Source: Bugula neritina
Taxonomy: Eukaryota; Animalia; Bryozoa
Assembly: GCA_964035545.1 (NCBI GenBank)
Contig: OZ037770.1
Span: forward strand, 3,752,662-3,816,661
Length of the DNA stretch: 64,000 bases
Direction: 5' to 3'
Part shown: piece after piece, positions 13,101-26,457 of the stretch
Numbering within the stretch: position 1 is the stretch's first letter
How the letters are laid out: the number at the start of each line of letters is the position of its first letter
Program-made: the position numbers and the translations under genes
The notes under the pieces: generated by a model
Told to the model about the DNA's origin: nothing
What the model saw: the letters and a program-made list of their open reading frames with translations, nothing else
The model's database searches: none

Positions 13101-15594
13101 AACTCATCTATCCGATGGAGGGAGTTAAAATCCTGGATAGTGACACAGTTGAGGCTGCGGTAGTTTACGCAGATCTTCTAACTGCCACCCTTCTTTTTGA
13201 CTAAAACTACTGGTGAGCTCTACGCAGTATGGGCTGGCTCAATTAGGTCCCGGTCAAAAAGGCTTAGCACCTGTCGACTCACCTCATTCTCCCTGCACTG
13301 TCGTTGAGTTGGCGGTTTTATGAGCACACTGTTTGCTGCCAAGGATATCTTGTGGCAGATGATTTTGGTCAACCCTGTGTCATTGCCTCTACAGTTGAAT
13401 ATGCTACTGTACTCCAGGAGTAGTTCAGCCAGTTCTTGGCACTCCGAGCATTTTTACAGCTTCCACAGGGTCGTTCATACAGGTAAGCAACATACTCCAG
13501 GGATTGCTCTCTGTCTAGTCTCTGGGCGCTGATCACTTTCTCCGATGCCAGCCCCACATCGGCTTCTTGGAAAAAAGTAGTACCTCCCCACAATTGCACC
13601 AGTCAGCAGTTTGATTGGTTTTGTGAAAGGGTTGATGCATTGCCCGAAAAGCTCCCCGACAACAGTCTAGCCGATTCAGGTTGTTTGTCAGTTGAATCTT
13701 CCTATACATCCCTTCCACCACTTCAAGCTCCGTAATCATCCTCCAGTTGACTGTTATAGTACCGTGCAGTCCTGTACTACCTGAACTCTGCTCACCAAGG
13801 GCTTGCCAAATTTGTTGACAAAGATGAGTTTTTTCCCAGCCGTCACCACCGCCGACATTTTAAAATTCATGTGACACTAGTGTTTTTTCAGGAATGGAAT
13901 GCCCAAGATGGCATCCTCCTTCAAGTAATTAAAGATGAAGGTCTTGGAGATCACCTGATCATAGACTGGTGTGGGTAGTGTAATGATGCCGTAGAACGGA
14001 AAGCCTGACCAGCCCACCTATGTCACCATGTGCACCTACATATGGCTCAATGCTAGCCCTCTCTCAAGCGCCAAGAGTGTCAAAGAGATGTCGACTCAAC
14101 ATTTTTATAGTGGACCTAGTATCCAGTAGGAAGGCTGCAGCTTTACCTGCAATCTTATGGAGTAGGAAGTAGCTGCCACCGTACGGCTGAGTGCTCCTGA
14201 AGCAGTCAGTGTCTGGTAGAGACACTTCTTGAATCCTTACGCCGGGCCTCCTCTTCGACTTCACGACATTGGAGACTTTCCGAGGTTTAGAGCGTAGCTT
14301 GGAGTCTTTTTCCGCAACTTTGTTGGGTAACTCCCGAAACCGGTTGCTGAGTGGCTAGGCAGAAGGTTCTGGTAGACTTTGCGGTCTTCTAGATCTTTGT
14401 AGTGCGTGCCATCCTAAGTCAAGAGACCCAATCCCAGTATTGAGTGTCCAGACAGGAAGTTTGTGCAGACCTCTCACCCCCCGAGATCTTTGAGGTGTCT
14501 GCCATTTGGCATCGCCAGGCTCCATTGGAATCCTTCTAAATGAGGCTGACTCTGGACCCACAGTTGGCGGAAGTTACCGCAGGTATCCGGTGTTTAGAAG
14601 CACCTTCTTTCACTGTTGGGCATTCTCACTGCATGTGTCCATTTGTCCCACACTCCCAACCAGTGAGTGGTGGCGACCTGATGGGGTCGTTCCATCACCA
14701 GGGCAAATGCCGATCAGCTTGAGTCTGAAGGCCCTTCATTGTATTCATCAACATAAGGAATTTTGTAGGGCCAGCGACACCGTGGTATCAGCCACGACTT
14801 GAAGTGCTGGCGTGGTGGGTCGGACCGCCTCCTGTCCTGTTTCTTTAGTTTGGTTAGCAGTTAATCTTTCCACTTGGTAATAGGCTTTTCCCATCTCTAA
14901 CGCTACTTCAATAGAGTCGACGTTAGATGCCAGTAAGTAGCGCTGCAGTCCTGCATAATTCAGTGCCCTTAAAATCAACTTATACGCCATGCTCCAGGCT
15001 ATTTCTTGTTTGTTTGGCTGTAAGCTATCAATGACAATTTCTTTATTTGGTAAACGTAATCCTGAAGAGATATCCTACGGTCTCTCTTGAAACTCTGGAG
15101 TTTTTCTCCAGCGTCTCGAGCGTTCATACCAAACCAAGTCCCTAAGGCCCAAAAAATATACGTGACCCATGCCGGGAGCTTGTCCGTTAAGCGGGTCCGG
15201 AGCTAGAGAGGTCACTATTTGGCAATTTTTGCAACATCCTCAAAATCATTTATGAAGTGCTTAAGACGCTCTCTTCAAAAGCGAGAAGAGGGTATCTTGA
15301 AATGTGTAGGAATAATTTTATTTAGATAGCAGTTTCCAAGAGTTGTTTTTGTCTGGCGAGCTCCGGCCATTGAATGGCTCTACACTGCAAGATCGTCTCT
15401 CTATATACTCTCAAAACATTTCTTCCAGAAGACTCTATCGACCTCCGACCGAAAATTGATCATGTCAGAGTCTCCAATCGGATGCCCGACACTACGACAT
15501 AACTAACATTGGTCCTGTCAGACGTGGCGCAGCTCCGACTCAATTGTCCAACACTCTGACATGCCTGATCTCAGACAAAGACCCTTTTTTAGCA
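10121..15594 (-). mobile_element. Old, decayed Ty3/Gypsy LTR retrotransposon, copy 1
   Basis: Frameshifted remnants in gypsy order on the minus strand: gag-like (~14750-14990), protease LLDTRST (~14100), RT start (~13200-13400), integrase WVLVLTDHFSQW...IHTNQG (~12615-12827). Strongly diverged direct repeats at ~10121-10424 and ~15282-15594 are interpreted as LTRs. Confidence 0.8.
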
Positions 15595-15719
15595 TAAAAA
15601 AATAAAAGAGAAAAACAAAAAATATGCCCAATCTCGGACAAAGGCCATTTCTTTTTATAGCATGAAAAAATATAAGAGAAGAAAAAAAGAATATCATTGC
15701 GCTAGGTTAAATAATAGTA

Positions 15720-16155
15720 CAGTAATATACAGAAATATTGTAATAAGTTGTAATATACTGATCCACACTGTAATATACTGATACATGCTTTAATACACTG
15801 TAACATACTGTAACAGACTGTAATATGCTAAAAAATACTGCAATGCAACATAATACACTGCAATATACGACAATATAATGTAGTACACTGCAACAAACTG
15901 TCAGACAATGTAATATCTTGCTTAATTCTCTGTAAGAAACTGTAAGACACGTCAGTACAATGTAATAAACTGTAATATTATATAGTGTAATACATTATAA
16001 TAAACTGTAATAAACTGTAATAAACTGTAATAAACTGTAATAAACTGTAATAAACTATAATAAACTGTAATAAACAGTAATATACTGAAATATACTGAAA
16101 TATACACTAATACATTGTTATACACTGCAATACACTGTAATACACTGTAATACAT
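15720..16155. repeat. Degenerate 10-bp tandem repeat (TAAACTGTAA/TACACTGTAA); also ~57095-57515
   Basis: Direct reading. Confidence 0.85.
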
Positions 16156-17765
16156 TTTACTAGACAACTCCAAAACTCCTCAAACTATGCACTTCTAATC
16201 ATTTTCCCCAGAACCATTAGAATCAGCAGCTATGCAGACTCAGCTACATATAATGTATGTGATATGTTGATCACATTTTGTATTATACTTGCATTTATAC
16301 AATGCACAACTTTGTGTAGCTATTAGTGACTGTGAGGCAGGTTCACTAGAAGTAAACTATAACTAAAATCTCATAAAGAGTTTATAATATTATATAAAAC
16401 CTTGAAACTTACTTGGCATGATTAGTGTGAGCTGTTGCTTGCAAGTTTCTACCTGCTATAGCTGATTACCAGCTGTCATCTGCTAATTGCCAGTTGCCTT
16501 GTGCTGATAGCCAGTTGCCATTTGCTAGTTTCTAGTTGTAGTTTCTACACCTCAATGATCCTTCAGCCTCAACTTGCAATGTTGAAGTAAAACTCAACTG
16601 CCTATTGATTTGTTACTCCTCCTGTTACTATGCAGCTATAACAAAACCTTATTTACTAACTAATGTTTATAATGAGTGCATAGCAATATACACAACAGCT
16701 ATTACTTTGTATTAGAAATTATCATTGTGCTCAGCTCCGCTATTGTGTATTTCATGGTATTGTTTAGATTTGCCAGTTCAAACAAAAAAATCTTTAAAAG
16801 CAGAATTAGTGATCAATAATTGTAATCAACGAGGAGCGCTGCATTTTGTTCTCTTTGTAAAGAAGTGATGCATTGATTAGAGTTAACGTAATAAAATTAA
16901 ATGTACATATAGTTAATTATTTGCTTTATTCTTTTACACTGTTTAAATAATTACAAATATTAGCAGTGCTATAAGATACAGTAGGTGAGAAAGTTACTAT
17001 ATAACACAGTGCACAGTGTGTGTAGAAGTTGTTACTGAAAGAAGTTACAGAGAAGTTTACTAAAAAGCTGCAAAGCCATTTACCTCTGCGTCAGCTTTCC
17101 ATGTAACTTGATGAGGGCCATCTACATTTCTGTCACAATTTATTTAAACTTGGCAAATAACTCTTTTAAAGATTACAACTAAAATTATGTTTCGGAATAT
17201 ATCATAAAAATAAAATCTGAACAATATGCATCCAATAGCCAATTATGTCTTTTCATTACAGTATTTCACAAACTTATTTTATATATTTCTGTTAATGTGA
17301 CATTCATTATAGTCAATAAACTGACTGTTGGTAAACTGTGCAGAGAGAATATTATAATAAATAATTTGTATAGTCAAACTTTACAACTTCATGAATAACT
17401 TATATATGATACTTGAGCTATTATTGAGTTACCAAGTATAAAGCAACATGAACAAGATGTGTTATATAATATTTTAGCAGCCATACTGTGTGTATTATTG
17501 TAGTTAATAATAATAATATGTTGGTATGTAGTACAATTATAAAGGAGTATTGAAATATAAGCCAGTGAGCATCTACCCTAACTTTTGTTTAACTTTGCCA
17601 GTTCAAACAAAAACCTTTTTTGAACTGGCAATGCACAATTATGTTAATATTAAATTGTGTTTTCACAGGAGAAAGACTATTGAACAAATTACATACCACT
17701 GCTTTTTTCCTTGTTCAGTTTGAATTGTTTGCAAAAACTGATTTAGAGCCAATTACACTGCTTGG

Positions 17766-17767
<2 letters not shown>

Positions 17768-17832
<65 letters not shown>

Positions 17833-17923
17833 GTGTGTTGTGTGTGTGTGTGTGTGTTGTGTGTTGTGTGTTGTGTGTGTGTTGTGTGTTGTGTGTTGTG
17901 TGTTATGTGTGTGTGTGAGTGTG
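17768..17923. repeat. (TG)n microsatellite
   Basis: Direct reading; homologue at 59132-59305. Confidence 0.95.
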
Positions 17924-18659
17924 TAAGTACCAAAAGTGTTTATTACAAGTAAAACTTTGCCTGCAATGTTAAGCCACACCCACTGATATCTACTATTACT
18001 ATAGATGAAATGTTATATTTGGGTTTATGTAGCAAAGGTGAATTATATTTTTTGCACTACTAATACTAAAACATATGAATGGCTGTCACACAAGAATAAT
18101 TTTATAAATAAAGCTAAAAGATATCAGCTTCTGCTACATAATAAATGTAGATGATATTTGTGATAATTGTATAACAATAAACTAACAATTATTTTGATAA
18201 CACAAATGCTCTGCTGTAATTCACATAAGAATAGTTAGCCTCCAGCAACACCTAAAGTGTTTCCAAAAAGAATATATTTAGAAAAGAGTTTGAGCGAGTC
18301 CGATTATAGAAGAAAAACAATGCACAACAAAAGTGATCATGAAAACTGTAATTAATTAACCCTGAAGCAATTCTTTGAGAGTTGTCTTCCTCAATTTTGC
18401 TGCGAAGAGCGGGACTTATGTTACCAAAATTCGACTTACAAATAGCCGATAAGCTACACGATGTTGAAAATGCCGTTTCAATAAAAGCTTTCCTGAATCC
18501 ATTTCGTACACTTCTACACTTATGCCAGTTATCAAAACATTGATTATAAAATAATAGTCAATAATTAAAGTGCTCCAGCATCCCATATTATTCTTGTTTA
18601 TTTTATGATCATAATTTTTCAGAACATGTCCGGTAACATTAATAATGCTCATATAATTG

Positions 18660-18950
18660 CTAATAGTACTACTAATTCTAATAGTATTTAGTATTAGTAA
18701 TACTAAATACTATTACTATTAGAATTACTAATACTAATAGTTACTACTTTTACTACTATTACTATAACTATAGTATAAGTATAACTACTAGTATTACTAT
18801 TAGTATTAGTAGTATTAGTATTACTAGTGGTAATTTACTAATTGCTAAAAGTAAATTGTTATTATTATTAGTATTAGTGTATTACTATTAATATTAGTGA
18901 TTACTATTACTATTAGTATCACTATTAAGTATTACTATTAGGCTTAGTAA
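18660..18950. repeat. Degenerate TAC/TAT/TAG AT-rich low-complexity tract
   Basis: Direct reading; the young gypsy element in copy 2 is inserted into the homologous tract. Confidence 0.75.
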
Positions 18951-20810
18951 AACTAAATTAGGTTAACAATTATTATTAAACCCAATTTGTAATTTAATAT
19001 CGTAATTATTATTATAACTATTATTAATAAAAGTTTCAATATTCATTAAACTCGAAAAATACAATGGATATACTAATCTTTGAAGTTGATAAATTTCAGT
19101 TTCAGTGTTAAACTAATACTATGAGTATGGTATTCATAGCGACTTATGCTATTCGTATTAGTATTACTATTATTATTACTCAATATTACTATTAGTATTA
19201 TTATTACTTATACTTATAGTGTTAGTGTTTTAGTATGGCTCATGTTGATAATAATATTAAAAGTGACTTCATGTTATACCCAATCACAATGATTATGAAT
19301 ATGATGGACAAACTTACAATGCTGATATGGTACTGCATTATGAATCTTTGGCTTATACTATTATATATGATGCTCATACACTTTGACTTACACTGATCCC
19401 TATTAATTATCATAATGATCACCAGTGATGATGTTATTGTTATTGGTTAGTGAGTTGCAAAGACTGATGAGTGAATGATTATTACGAATCAGTAGTATTT
19501 AATAGTTTATTGTTGTAATCATGTCGTCATTAACACAGCTACAATGCTTCATTACTGATCATACTATAGTAATGGTACTAATAATCTGATAGTAATAGTC
19601 GTAGAGCTAATCATAATCATGATGATGTGATATTATTAACTGATCACTGTGATTAGTTGAACTTAATAAATTTACATTCAATATTTACTGAAAAGCTGTT
19701 TGATGAAGATGTGTTCCTATTTTGTATGAACACTCACAATGACACTGTCTACTGTATTTGTCAGTTATATATCAGGTTTTCATTGAGATCACAATTTTGA
19801 AAATGACTCTAAATTGTTTTACTTCTGTCGCTATTACTATCATTTTATTATTGTACCTATTCTTTGCTTTGTTGAATATTAATATAGGTATCTATGCATT
19901 TGTAATCACTTTGATGAAATTAGAATTCAACAAAACTCATCATTGATTTAAAAATACCATTTACTTTTTAGGGATATGTGATGTAGTCTGCCATTGACTG
20001 ATGATGCTATCTGACAAGCTATGTCTCGGTCTGTTGGTGGCTGTGTGTCTTGTAGTGTACCAAGGAGCTCTCCACTGTGACTTTGTGTTTGATGATGTGT
20101 CTGCGGTTAAGGAAAATAAAGACCTCAGGCCAGACACCTCATATCTTAACTTGTTCTATAATGACTTCTGGGGCACTCCCATGAGTAAAGTATGTTGTTT
20201 ATTCTAGCCCTCATGTAGCTTATCAAAACGTTCAGTAAATGAGTTTATTTAATAATAGAGTTCCCTGATTGGTCAGCTGTATGTCTAACTAAGTTTTCAT
20301 GCAGATTCTGTTTGTTGCAATAATTTGGTTTTTCTTCAAGTTCATGAACTCAGCTCCTTGATAAAAGTAAGTTTGACTTGAGTTTATATAATAATATGTT
20401 TTAAATTCATCTCTTTGTATGCTTTTGTGGTAATAATTTAGTGTTTTATTTTGGTATTTGTTTATTTTGTGTCACCACTTTATTTTCTTAAATTACTCAA
20501 GCTGTTATGTTTATTGTTTTAGACTACACTAACTATACATTTATGTTTTTAGTTAATGATTAATCAATGTTAGTCTCAAAAACCTTTAAACCTTTTGAGT
20601 AAATACTTTTATGATTTTATGATAATATCAACAGTTCTCCGCATTCTAATTCTGAGATATTCCTTGTAGGAGAAAAGTCACAAATCCTATCGACCTCTAA
20701 CTGTACTCACTTTCCGATTGAATTACTGGTTTGGAGAACTGGAGCCGTATGGATATCATCTGCTCAACATCATTCTACACTCATTAGTCACTATCCAGTT
20801 TTATTGGTGA

Positions 20811-21637
20811 GCTCAGGCTATGTAAAGATATACTCAAGTATTGTATACTCTCAGGCTATGTAAAGATATACTCAAGTATTGTATATTCTCAGGCTATGTA
20901 AAGATATACTCAAGTATTGTATACTCTCAGGCTATGTAAAGATATACTCAAGTATTATATACTCTCAGGCTATGTAAAGATATACTCAAGTATTGTATAC
21001 TCTCAGGCTATGTAAAGATATACTCAAGTATTGTATATTCTCAGGCTATGTAAAGATATACTCAAGTATTGTATACTCTCAGGCTATGTAGAGATATACT
21101 CAAGTATTGTATACTCTCAGGCTATGTAAAGATATACTTAAGTATTGTATACTCTCAGGCTATGTAAAGATATACTCAAGTATTGTATACTCTCAGGCTA
21201 TGTAAAGATATACTCAAGTATTGTATACCCTCAGGCTATGTAAAGATATACTCAAGTATTGTATACTCTCAGGCTATGTAAAGATATACTCAAGTATTGT
21301 ATACTCTCAGGCTATGTAAAGATATACTCAAGTATTGTATACTCTCAGGCTATGTAAAGATATACTCAAGTATTGTATACTCTCAGGCTATGTAAAGATA
21401 TACTCAAGTATTGTATACTCTCAGGCTATGTAAAGATATACTCAAGTATTGTATATTCTCAGGCTATGTAAATATATACTCAAGTATTGTATACTCTCAG
21501 GCTATGTAAAGATATACTCAAGTATTGTATACACTCAGGCTATGTAAAGATATACTCAAGTATTGTATACTCTCAGGCTATGTAAAGATATACTCAAGTA
21601 TTGTATACTCTCAGGCTATGTAAAGATATACTCAAGT
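20811..21637 (+). repeat. 38-bp minisatellite (22 copies) filling TMTC3 intron 2
   Basis: Unit TCTCAGGCTATGTAAAGATATACTCAAGTATTGTATAC. First cag|g at 20817, last at 21615; difference 798 = 21 x 38. Confidence 0.95.
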
Positions 21638-21848
21638 GCTGTGCGATGGCTAGCCTCTGCTCCTCACTCTTATTTGCCGTTCACCCGGTGCATGTTGAAG
21701 CTGTGACTGGAGTTGTGGGTCGGGCCGAATTACTTTCTGCCTCACTGGCTTTATTAGTCATGCTGGTATACGACAAGTCAGTCCGCAGCAAAGGAATTGC
21801 CAGTAAGTGTTTTGTCATTAGAGTTATCTCTCCTATTTTATTCTAATA

Positions 21849-22057
21849 CAGAGCTTCCTCCATATCTCACTAAGCTGCAGGTCCTGAAACCTCAATTCAT
21901 GACATAGTAGAATACCAAGTTTAACTCATGGATCTGTTGAAGTCAGCCGTTTTGTCCCGATATACCTGTACATAAGGGACAAAACAGGGTCCAAGCTCTT
22001 CTAGTGAATTGTGGAAATCCGTGAGATATGGAGCCGTGAGATATGGAGGGAGCACTG
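21849..22057. mobile_element. MITE, TA-flanked, Tc1/mariner-like
   Basis: Imperfect TIRs CAGAGCTTCCTCCATATCTCAC ... GTGAGATATGGAGGGAGCACTG, with TA on both sides. Related copy at 26274-26457. Confidence 0.65.
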
Positions 22058-22912
22058 TATTGTCATGCTGACACATGTCAATGAGGTCATCACTAATGTT
22101 TTAGAGACTAGGATTAGTCTAATTGATTTAATCATTTATTTAATTCTCTATTCAATGTAGTCCTTAGCTACATGAGTTTACTATTACAGCATGAGTCAGC
22201 TTTGTGTTCAGTTGAAATAGAGTTTTGTATTCTAAAGCAAAAAAAATTTCATGAGATATCAAATTTCTAAAGTACAATTTTTTTACCCGATGAAATATTT
22301 TTTGGAGTTGTTTTCTTTTTTTACCAACTGATCAATTTGTCTATCTACCAATATATTATTTTGTGTTTATTTCTACTTTGTGAATGGCGGATAAACAGTC
22401 TACTAGTAATCACTCTCCTGTATCTTCACTACTCTGCTACTTGTTAACTCTAAACCTTTCAGGTATATTTGGTTACCTGTGTACTGTACTGTTGCTGTTG
22501 GCTGCCACTCTGTGTAAGGAACAAGGCATCACCATATCTGCCGTCTGCCTGCTCTACGATCTATTTATAGTACAACAGGTAAAGAGTACCTGCATCTTGG
22601 TGTCATTCAATGCTTGAGTTACAACAGGGCTGTCCCAATAAAACATACACACTTAGACCAGAGTATTAGTGATGTTGATGTCAATGAACACGGATATGGC
22701 GTTGTGATGACATATTAACTTGTATTGTAGATGGTATTGAAAGATGTGTTGGATTTAGCAATGAAAGTGTTGACTTTGAAGTTGTCTTCCCTTTCCTCGT
22801 CACACAAGCAGCTGATATACAGAACTGTGTTCATGGTTACTTCAGTCATTCTGATTTTGATAGTTCGAGTTGGTGTCATGGGGGCACAACTACCTGTATT
22901 TACCACGTAAGT

Positions 22913-23390
22913 CTATAAGCAGCTCTGAGTTGGGGGTGACTGAGTGCAGTAGTTTGGGATTCTCAATTTTATAGTTGGCGGTTCCAACCTAAAGGCCTAG
23001 CCTCACGCTTGTGAGAATTACACGAAATTTTGTGACGATTTTGTGGATTATCCTCTCGTTAATACCAGCCACACACTCGTCGGACGAAAAAAATAATAAA
23101 TAGTCCGTGAAAAAGTCTCCATTGTCAAATAGAGAAACGAGGTAGAAATGAAATAATTACTGTTGCTAAATTTCTATTGACCAAGCAAAAAGTGTTTATC
23201 GTTGATTGTGATTTTTCGTTTATCGTCTTCGAAGATGATTTCGTTTGAATTCCCTCAAATTCTCCCGTATGAATGTTTTTTTTCGTGTTAAATAGACAAT
23301 TTCATATGATTCTCACGAGTGTGTGGCAAGGCCTTAGCCCCCCAACTGCAAACTACTGCACTCAGTTACCCAGTAAGCAGAGCTGCCTAT
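22913..23390. mobile_element. MITE containing a nested second MITE (~22993-23334)
   Basis: Outer inverted repeats TATAAGCAGCTCTG...GAGTGCAGTAGTTTG / CAAACTACTGCACTC...CAGAGCTGCCTATA belong to the same family as 27951-28130. Inner TIRs AGGCCTAGCCTCACGCTTGTGAGAAT / ATTCTCACGAGTGTGTGGCAAGGCCT. Confidence 0.6.
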
Positions 23391-26273
23391 AAAACCATCC
23401 GTGAGGTATAATGTTGCATTAATAGATATTGTTGCATGCAGGTGAAATTTCATTCCAAATTCTTATAAATTCAGCATTAAGTCTGCACTGTTGACGAATT
23501 CTTTTTAACAAAGTGTAATAGCTGATAATTATGTTTTGCGCCCTCAGCTACGTTGGAAAGTTTTGCAAAGTGACTTTATATTGTTTAGCCTGAGTGTCTG
23601 CTACTCCAGTCTTCTTACTTCTCGGGTGACGGTTTAGCAAACCTCATTTTCTAGACGTTTTGAGGAAATTAGTTTTTCAACCAATTTGCACTAATCAGTG
23701 ATTTCCAAATCAATACTTGATGCAAAAATTGTTGTGTAGTTTGGAAATTCAGTCATTTTATGTTATAGCCTCTGTTCTAAGCTTAGTTTGCAGAGTTTGG
23801 TAGATCTCAGACTTGCCTTATCATTAGTAATACACAGCTTTAAATGCTATACTTTCCTCATAATATTCTCCATTCTATTTATTTTGTAGATTTGATAACC
23901 CAGCTAGTAATGAGACAATTCCCTACAGACAACTGACTTACAACTATCTAGTAGCTGTTAACATGTGCTTGTTGGTATGCCCCGCCTACCTCTGCTGTGA
24001 TTGGTCAATGGGTACTGTGCCTGTCATACACTCCTTTCTAGACTATAGGAATGTGTGTACAGTTGCAGCATATATAGCAGTCTTCAGACTAGTCAAATAC
24101 TCCATTCAGTTCAGATCTACCTTCTCAGACAGGATATTTATGGTAAATAGCTCCTTATAGCTGAAAATATTCAACTTTTTGAAACTATCATGATATATTC
24201 GTGAAGTTGTCTTTCCTTAGTCTACACTGTTTCATCAGTATAGCTAATGATTAAACCATTGTCTATTGACTTGTATATTGTAGTCATTAGTGCTGATAGT
24301 ATTTCCATTTCTACCTGCCAGCAACCTGTTCTTCCCTGTCGGCTTTGTTATAGCTGAGAGAGTGCTTTATATACCTAGCTTAGGATACTGTCTTCTGATT
24401 GGCTCAGTATTCACCTACCTGTATAACCAACACAGGTAAATATGTTATGTGTGTGTGCATGCGTATATAATACACAATTTTGAAATTCTAATCTCCATAT
24501 TTAAAATCAATTTTTTGCATATTTTTAATTTCCCTTTTAATTAGGAAGGATATATATAAACTATTATTATAAATTGTTGTACTATATCATAGTTGTTATG
24601 GTATTATATTATATAACTACTTCTCTTGTAGACAGTCTATATACAGGTATATCCTAGCAGGGAGTTATCTTCTCCTCATTATCTCTGGTGTCATGAGAAC
24701 TGTGTCCAGGAATAAAGACTGGGAGAATGATTACTCATTATTCAACTCTGCCTTGAGGTTAGTTACATTCTATTATATAACATTCATTAGTACGAATTCT
24801 ATTACAATTATATATTATATAATTACATTGTTATATTAGAAATAATTAATTAATTAATTAAAACAATTTATTATAATATTATTTTATTATAATTTAGTTT
24901 GACATTGTTTTGTGACTTATTGTTGCAGCTGTAAACAGTAAGCTCCAGTAACTGATAATGTAAACAAACTACAAAGTAAATAGGTAGCTATGATGTCACA
25001 ATAAACTATAATAGTAATATAGAGTAGTATTGTATAGTAGTTGACAGGAAATGATGTAATAATGTAAGATGAGTCATCATGTTTAAGAGAGTTAAAAAGC
25101 TGAAATATGGATTCAAATTGTTCACTTAAGAATAGTTGAATTCAGAAACATTTTGTCTATTCTGAGTTGTAGTATTAACAGGGTCTAAGATTATTATATT
25201 ATATTGTATATACTGTAATGTTATAATATATTATTATATTATATATAATAGTATTTTATAGAAAACTTCTAGCAAAATGCTCATCAAATTTCAGCTATAC
25301 ATTAACCTAAACTCCAAGATTCCACATCTCATTGTTATATAAGCAATAGAATAAAGGTGCTGCTCATTGTTACTGACAGCTCGTGATATTCATTCTACTC
25401 AAAGCTAAATTTAGCTGCTACTCATTTAGTACACCTGCACCTGTAACATGGATGTCAACATGTTTTCATGACAAATCTTCTCATTCGATACGTTTAAATT
25501 TTAGATTTACTGAGCAGAATGCTAAAGCATGGAACAATGTGGGGCACTCTCTTGAATCGGAGGGAAAGTTTGAAGAAGCCTTGCATTATTTCTACAGAGC
25601 TGTTAGGTAGTTATCTTCTCTTACTTGTATCTGAGATGTTATTATAAAATAAGAGACATTGTACTGCTAGTCTTACACTCATTACAACAGCGTACAGCCG
25701 GATGATATTGGGTCACACATCAATGTAGGCAGAACACTGAAGGAACTGGGAGACAACTCTGGTGCTGAAGTTGCCCTTCGATCAGCCTTGAAGCTTCTCC
25801 CGCCCGTGAAGAAAGGTGATTCATTTAAGGATGCCAAACATGTTCCATTTTTATTGAAATTTTAGTTAGGTGACATGTTTAACATGTATATTATTGTGAT
25901 GTGTATTTTCTAGGAAAGTCTTACACTGCTAGAGTTGCCCCCTCTCATCTCAAAGTGTTTCTCACACTCGGAAATCTTATCTCCCAGATTGATTCTCGTT
26001 ACTCAGAGGCTGAAATGCTCTATAAGAGAGCTATCAGCATGAGACCTGAGTTTATTGACGTATGTTAAGTATACATAAGCATCTGTAAGCACCTATAAGC
26101 ATGGGAACTGTAAGCATATAAATATATTTCTGTGTAAAGGGAACCAGTTTTTTGTTGTTAGTCTATCTAGATTATCTTAAAGTTGCTTACTTTGGCCAGT
26201 TTCACTAACAAACAAGATTTTCCTGCAAGAAGTTTCCTTTCAAATGTCATAGCAGAGTATGTGTTTTGAAATA

Positions 26274-26457
26274 CAGTGCACCTTCCATATTTCACGGATC
26301 CCACAGGAAACGAGCAGAGCTTGGACCGCTATTCTGTGGCTTATGTATGTGTGTAATGGGTAAATTCAACAGATTTGCAAGTTGAATCTGGTATTCTATT
26401 ATGTCAGAAATTGAGATTTTGTGACCCGCTGCTCAGTGAGATATGGAGGGAGCACTG
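26274..26457. mobile_element. MITE, same family as 21849-22057
   Basis: TIRs CAGTGCACCTTCCATATTTCAC ... GTGAGATATGGAGGGAGCACTG. Confidence 0.65.

Noticed and set aside
17595-17631. Short inverted repeat TTGCCAGTTCAAA...TTTGAACTGGCAA as a terminator or RNA gene
   Set aside because: Eukaryotic context, and one arm recurs near 16770; more likely a small transposon remnant.
17620-17979. CV/HT-repeat ORFs (also 58988-59357)
   Set aside because: Translation of (TG)n microsatellites.
20811-21637. Regular 38-bp repeat as a CRISPR array
   Set aside because: There are no unique spacers (units are contiguous and near-identical), no cas genes, and the context is a eukaryotic intron.
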